DNA of 64,000 bases from an uncultured Bacteroidales bacterium (GTDB lineage Bacteria; Bacteroidota; Bacteroidia; Bacteroidales; FEN-979), in assembly GCA_903915465.1 (NCBI GenBank), contig CAIWTA010000082.1, positions 4,183 through 68,182 of the forward strand, in the 5' to 3' direction. Shown piece by piece: positions 45,398 through 55,245 of the stretch. The notes beneath the pieces are model-generated. The model worked only from the letters and a program-made list of their open reading frames with translations, had not been told where the DNA came from and did not search any database. The position numbers were made by a program, and so were the translations under genes. Each line of letters begins with the position of its first letter. Position 1 is the stretch's first letter.

Positions 45398-47260
45398 ATG
45401 GCAAAAAAGATCATTTTATCTCTACTGCGGCAGTTGTTCTTCTGGATCGTGTTTTTCGATTTCATTCGGTTGGTATTTTTAATTTACCATCTGCGTCTTA
45501 TTCTGATTGAGAAAATCGGATTTTTTGAGATCCTGGGTGTTTTCTGGTACTCTTTTCCCCTCGATTTTGCCACGACCTGTTATATTTTGATAATCCCATT
45601 TTTACTTTTATTGCTCCAATCGATCAGCAATTTTCCTTGGATTCACATTGTGAATAAAATTTACACCGCCCTGCTTGTTTTTTTATATTCACTCACAGGA
45701 GCAATTGAAATGGGGATTTATTCTGAATGGAAGACAAAACTCACCTATAAGGTAATCAAATATCTCAGTCATCCCTCTGAGATCTTCAATTCATCTGAAA
45801 CATTGACCTTCATTTTGCTGGTGGTTCTGCTGATCCTAATGTTTCTGACCAGTTTCTATGCCTATATCAGACTTTTTTTTCTTGAAATTTTACCTGAAAA
45901 ACGAAAGCTGTTTTTCTCATTGCTGTTTTTTATACTCACGCCACTTTTGCTTGTTGTTGGGATGCGCGGTGGAATTCGGCAAATCCCGATCAACCAGAGT
46001 GAATCCTACTATTCAAAGAAAAACATACTGAATCTTGCTGCTGTCAACAATTTTTTTAACCTGTATATCAGTATTTTCGAAAATCTTCCTAATTTTTCAA
46101 GGAATCCATATATTTTCATGTCACATGATGATGCCGAGAAAATCATAAAGGAGATTTACAATGTTCCCAAGGATACAACAATTTCAATCCTGAAAATCCC
46201 AAAACCAAACATTGTAATACTGATCCTGGAAAGTTGGTCTGCCGATCTTCTGGAAGATCTCGGAGGAGAACCAGGAATCACACCGCAGGTGAAGCATCTC
46301 CTACAGAACGGGATTCTTTTCGATCGGGTGTATGCTTCCGGTTCACGATCGGAGCAAGGAATGGCTTCGATATTTAGCGGATTTCCCGCTCATCCCATTT
46401 CTTCAATTACTGTTCAGCCAGATAAATTTGTGAAATTACCCAGTCTGCCTCAGCGACTTCAGAAAGACGGATATTCTACTTCATTCTATTTTGGAGGCCA
46501 ATTGATTTATGGAAACATGAAAAGCTATATGATTTTTAACAATTTTGATAAAATCATGGAAGGAGCTGATTTTCCTGTATCAATACCACGCGGGAAGTTA
46601 GGAATCCATGATCAATATACCCTGGAATATCAGTTGAAAGATCTGAAAAAACAAAAGCGGCCTTTCTTTTCTGCACTATTTACTGTATCCACACACTCTC
46701 CTTGGGACCAGCCATATCCAAAGTTTTTGAAATGGGGCGATAACGAGCACGATTACATCAACAGCGCTTTTTACACGGATCATTGCCTTGGTGAATATTT
46801 TGAAAAAGCCAGAAAAGAAGATTGGTTCAGAAGTACTTTATTCATCATCGTAGCCGATCATAGCCACAATTCTTACCGAAACTGGCATCCGCAATCACGG
46901 GAATACCATAAAATTCCAATGATATTTTATGGTGATGTGATAAAAGATGCATATAAAGGAAAGAAATGGCATAAGTTGGGAAATCATCATGATATTGCTG
47001 CAACTCTGCTTGCCCAATTGGGGCTGAAACATAATGATTTCCCTTGGAGCAAAGATCTTTTCAACCCTTTTTCGCATGAATTTGCATACTATTCTACCGA
47101 AGATGGTGTCGGGTGGATTCGTCCTGATGCCTATTTTTCATTTGATGTAACAGCGAATTATTTTTATTTTAATCAGATGAATCAATCCTTTCAGGATTCC
47201 ATCTTCCGCGAAGGCAAAGCTTATCTTCAAGGTGTTTTTGAAAATTATATGGGCGATTAG
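45398..47260 (+). CDS. LTA-synthase/sulfatase-family phosphoglycerol(ethanolamine)-transferase-like membrane protein
   Basis: It has about five N-terminal TM segments, then an alkaline-phosphatase-superfamily domain (VILILESWSAD, SGSRSEQG, FIIVADHSH). Confidence 0.8.
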   Translation: MAKKIILSLLRQLFFWIVFFDFIRLVFLIYHLRLILIEKIGFFEILGVFWYSFPLDFATTCYILIIPFLLLLLQSISNFPWIHIVNKIYTALLVFLYSLTGAIEMGIYSEWKTKLTYKVIKYLSHPSEIFNSSETLTFILLVVLLILMFLTSFYAYIRLFFLEILPEKRKLFFSLLFFILTPLLLVVGMRGGIRQIPINQSESYYSKKNILNLAAVNNFFNLYISIFENLPNFSRNPYIFMSHDDAEKIIKEIYNVPKDTTISILKIPKPNIVILILESWSADLLEDLGGEPGITPQVKHLLQNGILFDRVYASGSRSEQGMASIFSGFPAHPISSITVQPDKFVKLPSLPQRLQKDGYSTSFYFGGQLIYGNMKSYMIFNNFDKIMEGADFPVSIPRGKLGIHDQYTLEYQLKDLKKQKRPFFSALFTVSTHSPWDQPYPKFLKWGDNEHDYINSAFYTDHCLGEYFEKARKEDWFRSTLFIIVADHSHNSYRNWHPQSREYHKIPMIFYGDVIKDAYKGKKWHKLGNHHDIAATLLAQLGLKHNDFPWSKDLFNPFSHEFAYYSTEDGVGWIRPDAYFSFDVTANYFYFNQMNQSFQDSIFREGKAYLQGVFENYMGD

Positions 47261-47337
47261 CCTGAATCTCCGTTCAGGGATGGGAGGTTTTTCTTCCGGA
47301 GAATTGTTAAAGAATCTCTTTGGCCTGAAAATTTTGG

Positions 47338-48585
47338 TTAATCTAAAAGATGAACAGCCAATCCGCTCCGGAGTTTCGGTTCAAACCAGGTCGTTTTAGG
47401 TGGCATAATATTGCCGGAATCTGCAATATTTATTAATTGCTGCATCGAAACAGGGTACAGCGCAAAAGCCGCTTTCATTTCGCCACTGTCAACACGTCTG
47501 GTCAACTCGCCTAAACCGCGAATCCCACCCACAAAATCAATACGGGTGGAAGTTCTTAGATCTTTTATATCCAGGATTTTATCCAGCACAAGTTTTGAAA
47601 GGATCGTCACATCCAAAACCCCGATAGGATCTCCATCGTTGTAAGTACCGGACTTGGCAGTAAGAGAATACCATTTCCCTTCTAAATAAAGGCTAAAGTT
47701 ATGAAGATTGCCGGGCTTATATATTTCAGTTCCCTTTTTTTCCACAACAAAAAACTCGGAGATTTTCCCTAAAAATTCCTCATTTGAATGACCATTCAGA
47801 TCCTTTACCAATCGGTTGTAATCAATTATGGATAATTGTTCAGCAGGAAAATGCACAGCAAGGAAAAAATTGTATTCCTCGTTCCCTTTATGATTCGGGT
47901 TTTTCATTCTCTTTTCATTTCCCACCAATGCCGCAGCAGCTGTGCGGTGATGTCCATCCGCCACATATGTATAGGGGATTTTTGAGAAAAGATCAGTAAT
48001 CTGCCTGATAGTCTCATCATTGTTGATGATCCAGAAAAGATGACCTACTCCATCCGGAGCAACAAAATCATATACAGGTTTTTCTTTGGCAGCAATGTCG
48101 TTCACTATCTGATCAATTTCAGGAACGGCCGAATATGTGAAGAATACGGGTTCCATATTGGCATTGGTGGTACGGATATGCTTCATCCTGTCTTCTTCTT
48201 TGTCTTTCCTGGTAAGCTCGTGTTTCCGGATTATTCCCTTCATGTAATCTTCAACTCCGGCGCATCCCACAATTCCATACTGGGTTTTTCCATTCATGGT
48301 CTGCGCATAGATGTACAGTAACTCTTTTTCATCCTGAACGAGCCATTCATTTTTCCGGAAAAGTTCAAAATTCTCTTTTGCTTTATCATAAACAACCTGA
48401 GAATGCACATCTGTTTCTGCTGGCAAATCTATTTCCGGCTTAATGATATGAAGCAAGGAGTAGGAATTCCCTGCAGCATCTATTCTTGCTTCATCAGAGT
48501 TTAGTACATCGTAAGGTTTTGAGGCCAGATCTCTGACGATTGCCTTTGGTGGTCTGAGAGCCTTAAAAGCTTTTAAAATAGCCAT
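47338..48585 (-). CDS. DUF1015 domain-containing protein
   Basis: MAILKAFKALRP start, the YVADGHHR motif and a roughly 415-aa length, all typical of DUF1015. Confidence 0.8.
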   Translation of the reverse strand: MAILKAFKALRPPKAIVRDLASKPYDVLNSDEARIDAAGNSYSLLHIIKPEIDLPAETDVHSQVVYDKAKENFELFRKNEWLVQDEKELLYIYAQTMNGKTQYGIVGCAGVEDYMKGIIRKHELTRKDKEEDRMKHIRTTNANMEPVFFTYSAVPEIDQIVNDIAAKEKPVYDFVAPDGVGHLFWIINNDETIRQITDLFSKIPYTYVADGHHRTAAAALVGNEKRMKNPNHKGNEEYNFFLAVHFPAEQLSIIDYNRLVKDLNGHSNEEFLGKISEFFVVEKKGTEIYKPGNLHNFSLYLEGKWYSLTAKSGTYNDGDPIGVLDVTILSKLVLDKILDIKDLRTSTRIDFVGGIRGLGELTRRVDSGEMKAAFALYPVSMQQLINIADSGNIMPPKTTWFEPKLRSGLAVHLLD

Positions 48586-48656
48586 GATGCAATTGTTTAA
48601 TATGAAATTTTATCAGAAAAATAAAGAAAAGTAAAATAAAATGAAGAAGACAATAA

Positions 48657-49115
48657 CTATAAGGAGTCATCATCATCGTCACCGAGATGTTCTTCTGGTT
48701 TGACGCTGCGCTGCAGCGAACCAATCAGCGCTCCGATCATCTTCGTCATTTCCATGAGATAGTTTTTCGAATGATCAAATTCGTCGTTGGTGATGAAGCT
48801 ACGACTTTGTGCAATGGTAGATAAAACGACACATTCCCGCACAGAGCTCTTAGCCATCTTCAAATAATACACGAATTGACTTTTATTCCGTGAGGAGCCT
48901 TCAGCAATATTGAGAGCAATACCTTGTGCAGAAGTGAGAAAGCGTTCAAAAAAAACATTTATACAATGTTCATCTTTCCCATTTGTAGCCACTTTATAAA
49001 CCCAATTGATATATTCGAGGGATTTGTGGTAGATTCTCAGATCTTCAAACCTGAAGAAAGTAGTAGTGGGTCTTTCCAATTCGTGTTCCATGGTTTGAGG
49101 AATTAATGAATACAT
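48657..49115 (-). CDS. four-helix-bundle protein (23S rRNA intervening-sequence protein / Avd-like family)
   Basis: FRFEDLRIYHKSLEY, NIAEGSSRNK and ECVVLSTIA blocks. It has an unusual acidic tail, GDDDDDSL. The start may be the ATG at 49091. Confidence 0.75.
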   Translation of the reverse strand: MYSLIPQTMEHELERPTTTFFRFEDLRIYHKSLEYINWVYKVATNGKDEHCINVFFERFLTSAQGIALNIAEGSSRNKSQFVYYLKMAKSSVRECVVLSTIAQSRSFITNDEFDHSKNYLMEMTKMIGALIGSLQRSVKPEEHLGDDDDDSL

Positions 49116-49177
49116 ATTAAGTTTAAGTTGAATCCCATAAAAATTTTGAAAGTTGAGCGTAACGAGTAATTAATTCC

Positions 49178-50101
49178 TTATTTATTAAGCTGGAACGACC
49201 TGTCTCCATATTTCAGAAAATTCACGATCTGTGTTGCTGCAGCAATTCCGGCATTGACGTTTGCTTCTTCAGTCTGAGCTCCCATTTTCTTTGGTGTAAA
49301 GAAAAATCTCCCTTTAAAATTAGCTTCAAACTCAGCCTTGTTCGTGGGTTCAACATCTGAAAGATAGACAAAATCTTTACGATCTCCGAATATTTTCAAC
49401 AAATCGGTTTCATTAATAACTTCAGCCCTTGCAGTATTTACCAATACAGCACAAGCAGGCATGCTGGATAATAATTTATAGTTGATAGATAATTTGGTCT
49501 GGCTGTTTGACGGAATGTGAAGGGAAACATAGGAGCACGTACGATACAATTCATCCACAGATCCTAAGCATTTGACGCCATCTTTCTCAATGTCTTCTTT
49601 CTTGACAAAAGGATCAAAAGCGTAAACCTCCATCCCAAATCCTTTGGCGATGCGGGCCACATTTTTCCCCACGGCACCATAGGCATGTATTCCTATCTTT
49701 TTATCTTGTAATTCTGAACCTGATTTGCCATTGAAGAAATTCCTTGCATGGCAAACCATCATTCCAAGCGCAAGTTCTGCAACTGCGTTGGAATTCTGGC
49801 CTGGGGTGTTCATCACACAAACACCTTTAGCTGTTGCGGCAGGCAGGTCAATATTGTCAAAGCCGGCTCCTGCCCGCACAATGATTTTCAGGTTTTTTCC
49901 GGCTTCGATAATGAATTTATCTGTTTTGTCGCTTCTGACTATAACAGCATCAGTATCAGCGATGGCTTTCGCGAAATCATCCTGACTTGTATAACCCTCC
50001 AGAAGAATTAGTTCAAAACCAGCTTCTTCAACTACTTTTCGAATTCCTTTTACTGCAATTGAAGCAAAAGGCTTATCAGTGGCAACGAGTACTTTTGTCA
50101 T
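49178..50101 (-). CDS. serA: D-3-phosphoglycerate dehydrogenase (short, ACT-less type)
   Basis: A D-2-hydroxyacid dehydrogenase fold (GIHAYGAVGKNVA NAD motif) located next to serC. Confidence 0.8.
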   Translation of the reverse strand: MTKVLVATDKPFASIAVKGIRKVVEEAGFELILLEGYTSQDDFAKAIADTDAVIVRSDKTDKFIIEAGKNLKIIVRAGAGFDNIDLPAATAKGVCVMNTPGQNSNAVAELALGMMVCHARNFFNGKSGSELQDKKIGIHAYGAVGKNVARIAKGFGMEVYAFDPFVKKEDIEKDGVKCLGSVDELYRTCSYVSLHIPSNSQTKLSINYKLLSSMPACAVLVNTARAEVINETDLLKIFGDRKDFVYLSDVEPTNKAEFEANFKGRFFFTPKKMGAQTEEANVNAGIAAATQIVNFLKYGDRSFQLNK

Positions 50102-50128
50102 AGAACATGTTGTGTTTAATACGTAAAA

Positions 50129-51199
50129 TCAGGAGTTTATTATCTCGAATTCATGGATGCAATCAACCATTGCCTGAACACTCTCCAAAGGTAATGCATT
50201 GTAAGTGGAAGCACGGAACCCACCAACCGAACGGTGGCCTTTGATACCAATCATTCCTTTGCCTTTTGCAAAATCCATGAAGGCATCTTCTTTATCCTTA
50301 TATTGTTCTTTCATTACAAAACAAATGTTCATTAATGAACGTGAGTCCTTTTCAACAGTACCGACAAACATCTTGCTATTGTCAATGGTATTATAAAGGA
50401 GTTGTGCTTTATGCTTATTCATCTCCGCCATCTTCTGAACACCACCCAGGTTCTTTATCCAGCGTAGCGTTTCAAGACATGTATAAATGGCAAAACAAGG
50501 GGGCGTATTGAACATCGACCCTTCCTTAATATGAGTCTTATAATTTAGCATGGTAGGAATAGGACGATCTGTCTTCCCCAGAATATCTTCTCGAAGGATG
50601 ACAAAGGTAACACCTGCAGGCCCCAGATTTTTCTGGGCACCGCCATAAATAAGGGCATACTTGGAAACATCAATTGGGCGGCTTAGAATATCCGACGACA
50701 TATCTGCAACCAAAGGAACAGGGCTTTCCAGATCGGTATGAATTTCTGAACCATAAATGGTGTTATTGGTCGTAATATGAAAATAATCTGCATCCTTCGG
50801 AATAGCAAAATTCTTTGGAATATATGTAAAGTTCTTGTCGGCTGATGAACCAACGACCTCAACATTACCAAAAAACTTGGCTTCTTTAATAGCTTTCTGC
50901 GCCCACACACCAGTTTCCAGGTAAGCAGCTTTCGTTTTGAAAAGGTTATAAGGAACCATGCAGAATTGTAAGCTGGCGCCACCTCCCAGAAAAAGTACAT
51001 GGTAATTTTCAGGAATCTCTAATAGCTCCTTGAAAAGCGCTACAGTTTCATCCATGATGGCTTGAAAATCCTTACTCCTGTGCGAGATCTCGAGTAATGA
51101 CATCCCTATTCCGTTAAGGTCAAGAATCGCTTTCGCGGAATTTTCAATTGCTATTCTGGGCAATACAGACGGACCAGCGTTGAAATTATGCTTCTTCAT
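50129..51199 (-). CDS. serC: phosphoserine aminotransferase
   Basis: [14 protein letters not shown] start, GGGASLQF, and [13 protein letters not shown] (PLP lysine region). Confidence 0.95.
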   Translation of the reverse strand: MKKHNFNAGPSVLPRIAIENSAKAILDLNGIGMSLLEISHRSKDFQAIMDETVALFKELLEIPENYHVLFLGGGASLQFCMVPYNLFKTKAAYLETGVWAQKAIKEAKFFGNVEVVGSSADKNFTYIPKNFAIPKDADYFHITTNNTIYGSEIHTDLESPVPLVADMSSDILSRPIDVSKYALIYGGAQKNLGPAGVTFVILREDILGKTDRPIPTMLNYKTHIKEGSMFNTPPCFAIYTCLETLRWIKNLGGVQKMAEMNKHKAQLLYNTIDNSKMFVGTVEKDSRSLMNICFVMKEQYKDKEDAFMDFAKGKGMIGIKGHRSVGGFRASTYNALPLESVQAMVDCIHEFEIINS

Positions 51200-51343
51200 A
51201 AATAGACAGGTTTATATAAGGTTTATGTCAGAATGGTTTTAAAAATACAAATAACAGAGAAGCAAAGGTAAAATATTTTGATTTTGATTATCAAATGTCA
51301 ACAGTAAAATATTTATGTCATTCTCACCAGAAAAATGGCAAAT

Positions 51344-52252
51344 TTAGTTATTCTTTGCAGAAATATTCTGAATGAAATTCCAATTTCCATTTTCGAACAA
51401 AAAACCATCCAGGTTTTCTCCCAGAGGCACGTTGTAAACAGGCTGTCCCTCCTGCGGTTCAAGCAATGGTCCAAGCTGGTCGCAGACAATCATCCATACG
51501 TTTCGATTTTCATAATCATAGGCTTTTCTTCCCGGATTCCATTTTTTGTTCCCTGTAGGGATGGTTTGCTGGTCAAACCTCAGTACCATTGTTGCATAAG
51601 AGGAGTAAGTAAAGATAACACGAACATTGTTACCGTTATGGTATTTTCTGAAAATTTTTGCCCCGAATACTGGATTCCCTTGACCGTCAAAGGTCAACAC
51701 ATCAATGACCTTTTGAAACATCAAGGAATTGCAGCCATCCCATCCCAATAAAGAATAATAGACTTTGTTACCGGATTTATTCATCAGAATTTTATAATAC
51801 AATGCTCCGTACCATTTTCCAGAAACAAGGATCCTGAACTCTGGATCATTGATGGAACTTGATGCATCGGATAGTTCAATGACTTTATTTTTTTTCTTAT
51901 TTTTTACCTGGATAAGGCAAAAGTATTTGTTTGTTCCGTCACTTTTTGGAAGATTCCAATTGTAAATCCTGAATTTTTTATCCGGAGAATAGATCTTTCC
52001 TATGGTCTTCAAAGAATCGAAAGGATAATTGAAAGTGGCAGGAAAAATAAGTGTCTCCTTGAGAAGGGTAAGGTAATGATCGTTTAACAAAATTTTCAGT
52101 GAATCATTGTCAGTTTTCCTGATCTCTGTCGAAATCAATCGCAAAGAATCTTCAATTTCATGTAACGCACGCTTTTTTTGGGCATAAGAAGGTAACCAAA
52201 CAGCGAGTCCAAACAGGAAGACAAAAATGGCATTCCGATAATACATGAACAC
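51344..52252 (-). CDS. secreted hypothetical protein
   Basis: Signal peptide (AIFVFLFGLAVWLPSYAQ) and a long clean ORF. No domain recognised. Confidence 0.55.
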   Translation of the reverse strand: MFMYYRNAIFVFLFGLAVWLPSYAQKKRALHEIEDSLRLISTEIRKTDNDSLKILLNDHYLTLLKETLIFPATFNYPFDSLKTIGKIYSPDKKFRIYNWNLPKSDGTNKYFCLIQVKNKKKNKVIELSDASSSINDPEFRILVSGKWYGALYYKILMNKSGNKVYYSLLGWDGCNSLMFQKVIDVLTFDGQGNPVFGAKIFRKYHNGNNVRVIFTYSSYATMVLRFDQQTIPTGNKKWNPGRKAYDYENRNVWMIVCDQLGPLLEPQEGQPVYNVPLGENLDGFLFENGNWNFIQNISAKNN

Positions 52253-52297
52253 TATTTTGATTGCTCCTTCAAATGTAAAGCATTATTTCTAATCCAT

Positions 52298-52305
52298 TAC
52301 CTTTG
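52298..52305 (+). promoter_or_regulatory. TAnnTTTG -7 box for the acyl-CoA-reductase-like gene
   Basis: TACCTTTG lies 20 nt upstream of the ATG at 52325. Confidence 0.45.
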
Positions 52306-52324
52306 CAGAGGAAGATATACGGAT

Positions 52325-53431
52325 ATGTTGGTAAAAGAAAGAATAAATAGTTTTATCCATCTGGGTCAGGTGCTTCAGGAATTCTACCGCCAAAAGACAG
52401 AAATTGTTTCTAATCCTTATCTTTTTTCTGATCAATTGGCGGTACTCGAACAGGCAGTCGCAAATTCACAAATCGAAAACAGCTGGTTTACTTTGGATAA
52501 TATTTTGTATGTTATCCGTTCCATCTCTTCCAATCTGAATAGTGAAAACCTGGATTTCTGGCTGAAACCTTATAAATCAGCCTTGGACAACGAAACCAAG
52601 ATAAAAACTGTAGCTGTAATAATGGCTGGAAATATTCCCATTGTTGGGTTTCATGACTTCCTTTGTGTGTTGTTATCCGGAAACAGGTTTTTGGGAAAGC
52701 TTTCATCGGGCGATAAGCATCTTCTGCCTGCATTGGCAGCAATCCTTACTGACAATAATCCAAACTGGGATCATTTTATTCAATTTACCCGGGAGCCAAT
52801 CCATTCTTTTGATTCAGTTATCGCCACCGGAAGTAACAGTTCATCAAATTATTTCCAGTTTTATTTTTCTAAATACCCACACATTATTAGGAGAAACAGA
52901 AACAGCATAGCTATTTTGACAGGAGAGGAAACTGCTGAGGATCTCTCAAATCTGACAGTGGATATTTTTCTCTTCTTCGGACTGGGTTGTCGTAGCGTTT
53001 CAAAAATATATATCCCCGAAAGATATGATTTTTCTATGCTGATACAAGCATTTTTAAGCTTTGAGGAACTGCTTGATCATCATAAGTACAGGAACAATTA
53101 TGATTATTTCAAGGCAATTTTCCAGTTAAACTTGGTTTCTTTCATTGATGCTAAGAATATATTACTGAAAGAGGATAATTCTGTTTCATCACCCATCTCG
53201 GTCTTGAACTATCAATATTATTCAAACTGGGATAACCTTTTACTTGAACTTTCCGTGATCAGTGAATCCATACAATGTATTGTTGGTAAGAAAGAAGCGC
53301 CATTTCAATGGGTAAAACCCGGGAAAACCCAGATTCCGGAACTGTGGGATTATGCAGATGCGGTGGATACAATGCAGTTTTTGTTTGAAATGGTGAACCC
53401 CGGGAGTAAAGAATCACTTCCTCGAAGCTAA
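52325..53431 (+). CDS. LuxC-like acyl-CoA reductase family protein
   Basis: AVIMAGNIPIVGFHDFLCVLLSGNRFLGKLSS and GLGCRSVSKIYIP blocks, as in the Bacteroidota proteins annotated as acyl-CoA reductase. Confidence 0.65.
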   Translation: MLVKERINSFIHLGQVLQEFYRQKTEIVSNPYLFSDQLAVLEQAVANSQIENSWFTLDNILYVIRSISSNLNSENLDFWLKPYKSALDNETKIKTVAVIMAGNIPIVGFHDFLCVLLSGNRFLGKLSSGDKHLLPALAAILTDNNPNWDHFIQFTREPIHSFDSVIATGSNSSSNYFQFYFSKYPHIIRRNRNSIAILTGEETAEDLSNLTVDIFLFFGLGCRSVSKIYIPERYDFSMLIQAFLSFEELLDHHKYRNNYDYFKAIFQLNLVSFIDAKNILLKEDNSVSSPISVLNYQYYSNWDNLLLELSVISESIQCIVGKKEAPFQWVKPGKTQIPELWDYADAVDTMQFLFEMVNPGSKESLPRS

Positions 53432-53482
53432 TTTTAACGATAAATTAATAGGGTCGCTTTTTTATTATTCAGATTAATTTTG

Positions 53483-53490
53483 TAATTTTG
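53483..53490 (+). promoter_or_regulatory. TAnnTTTG -7 box for rpmE
   Basis: TAATTTTG lies 29 nt upstream of the ATG at 53519. Confidence 0.5.
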
Positions 53491-53518
53491 CACACTTCAA
53501 AGAAAACTAATTAATACA

Positions 53519-53788
53519 ATGAAAAAAGATATTCATCCTAAAGATTACAGATTAGTAGTTTTTAAAGACATTTCGAACGAGTACACTTTTATTTCTAAGT
53601 CCACCGTTCGAACAAAGGAAACCATTGTTTGGGAAGATGGTCTTGAATACCCGTTGGTTAAACTGGAGATTTCTCATACATCTCATCCTTTCTATACAGG
53701 AAAAATGAAGTTGATCGATACTGCTGGTCGTGTTGACAAGTTTAAAAGCCGTTATTCTAAGCATATTGAGAATAAAAACGCAAAATAA
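53519..53788 (+). CDS. rpmE: 50S ribosomal protein L31, type B (no zinc ribbon)
   Basis: [17 protein letters not shown]...[25 protein letters not shown]. It lacks the CxxC pairs of type A. Confidence 0.95.
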   Translation: MKKDIHPKDYRLVVFKDISNEYTFISKSTVRTKETIVWEDGLEYPLVKLEISHTSHPFYTGKMKLIDTAGRVDKFKSRYSKHIENKNAK

Positions 53789-53809
53789 TTTATTTTTTTA
53801 ACTTCTTCA

Positions 53810-53848
53810 AAAAGCCTCTATTAAATCAGGAATGGAGGCTTTTTATTT
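53810..53848 (+). terminator. rho-independent terminator after rpmE
   Basis: AAAAGCCTC, a 16-nt loop, then GAGGCTTTT, followed by TATTT. Confidence 0.65.
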
Positions 53849-53926
53849 AATGGTTAACATAATAATTTGTGTGCTTTTTAGGTTTAACCAAAGATTGGAA
53901 ATATTTCTTAACCTATTTGAATTAAG

Positions 53927-55117
53927 ATGAACTACATACTTTTCGATGAAAGCAGTGTAAGGACAAATCTACTTCCGTTAACATTCATGCGGCCAGTGGG
54001 GGATATCAGGATCGGGATTCTGACCATCAGGGAAAAATGGGAGAACCTGTTAAATTCTAAAACCTCCACACTCACTGACGCTTATCTTTCCAGGAAATTT
54101 CCTATTATTAAAGAAGACACCAACATCCTGATCAATGGATCTGTTTTGCCCAACGAGGAAATCATAGGATTGGTAAAAAACCTTCAGCCACATCAGACCA
54201 TCGTTTCAAATGATTCAATCATTGCTCTTCACATTACTGCTGAAGAACTGGAGCGATTGGGTGATTCATCGCATGATGGCATTGAAGAAATTGACGTGAA
54301 AGAGGCTCCTTTAAAACTAAACAACACTTGGGATATTTTCACATATAACGCACAGGCCATCGAAGATGATTTCAAACTGCTTACTAAAGACAGAAAATCA
54401 CAACCTCTCAGCAATTCAAACAAGGTCGTTGGAAACGGAAAGATATTTCTTGAAAAAGGAGCAGTCGTTGAATGTGCTGTTCTGAATGCCACAAATGGCC
54501 CGATTTACATCGGCAAAGATGCTGAAGTGATGGAAGGTGCCTTGATTCGTGGCCCTTTTGCTCTTTGTGAATATGCACAGGTTAAAATGGCTGCTAAAAT
54601 TTATGGTGCCACCACAGTAGGCCCTTATTCACGGATTGGAGGTGAAATCAATAATTCCGTTATTTTTGGCTATTCCAATAAAGCCCATGACGGGTTCCTC
54701 GGACATTCTGTCATTGGTGAATGGTGCAACATTGGTGCTGATTCCAATACTTCCAACCTCAAAAACACCTATGATGAAGTCCGTCTTTGGAATTATCAGA
54801 AACAAACTTTCGTGGGAACATCTTTGCAATTTTGTGGATTGATTATGGGTGATCATTCCAAATGCGGAATTGATACGATGTTCAACACAGGGACCGTGGT
54901 CGGTGTCAATGTCAATGTATTTGGCTCAGGTTTTCAACGCAACTTCATCCCTTCCTTTACCTGGGGAGGGGCCGGACGGCATGCTGACTATAATCTGCAA
55001 AAAGCGCTGGAAGTAGCTAAAGCAGTTTATTCAAGACGAAACGTCATATTCGATGAGACAGAAAAACAATTACTCTCCGATGTCTATCGTATGACACTGA
55101 AAAATAAGCATTTGTAA
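53927..55117 (+). CDS. GlmU-like putative sugar nucleotidyltransferase with left-handed beta-helix
   Basis: N-terminal nucleotidyltransferase-like region (LLPLTFMRPVGDIRIGILT). C-terminal hexapeptide repeats (IGKDAEVMEGALIRGP, IGGEINNSVIFG, IGEWCNIGADSNTSN). Confidence 0.7.
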   Translation: MNYILFDESSVRTNLLPLTFMRPVGDIRIGILTIREKWENLLNSKTSTLTDAYLSRKFPIIKEDTNILINGSVLPNEEIIGLVKNLQPHQTIVSNDSIIALHITAEELERLGDSSHDGIEEIDVKEAPLKLNNTWDIFTYNAQAIEDDFKLLTKDRKSQPLSNSNKVVGNGKIFLEKGAVVECAVLNATNGPIYIGKDAEVMEGALIRGPFALCEYAQVKMAAKIYGATTVGPYSRIGGEINNSVIFGYSNKAHDGFLGHSVIGEWCNIGADSNTSNLKNTYDEVRLWNYQKQTFVGTSLQFCGLIMGDHSKCGIDTMFNTGTVVGVNVNVFGSGFQRNFIPSFTWGGAGRHADYNLQKALEVAKAVYSRRNVIFDETEKQLLSDVYRMTLKNKHL

Positions 55118-55173
55118 TTTAGCTTGACAGATTAATTGTCTTTTTTCACAACTTTTTCCTGGTCAGTTTCGAC

Positions 55174-55189
55174 TGGCATATTAATTGTC
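55174..55189 (+). promoter_or_regulatory. sigma-54-like -24/-12 element upstream of lon (imperfect)
   Basis: TGGCAT-ATTAA-TTGTC compared with the consensus TGGCAC-N5-TTGCW. The GG is correctly spaced, but the -12 position reads GT rather than GC. It lies 57 nt upstream of the lon ATG. Confidence 0.25.
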
Positions 55190-55245
55190 ATTATCAAAAA
55201 ACTTCATTGACATCGAATTAAAAATGACAGTTTGACGTTGAATTT

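Noticed and set aside
48657-49115. Four-helix-bundle (Avd-like) gene as a marker of a diversity-generating retroelement
   Set aside because: No reverse-transcriptase ORF and no template/variable repeat pair are visible anywhere in the 64 kb. It is treated as a stand-alone family member.
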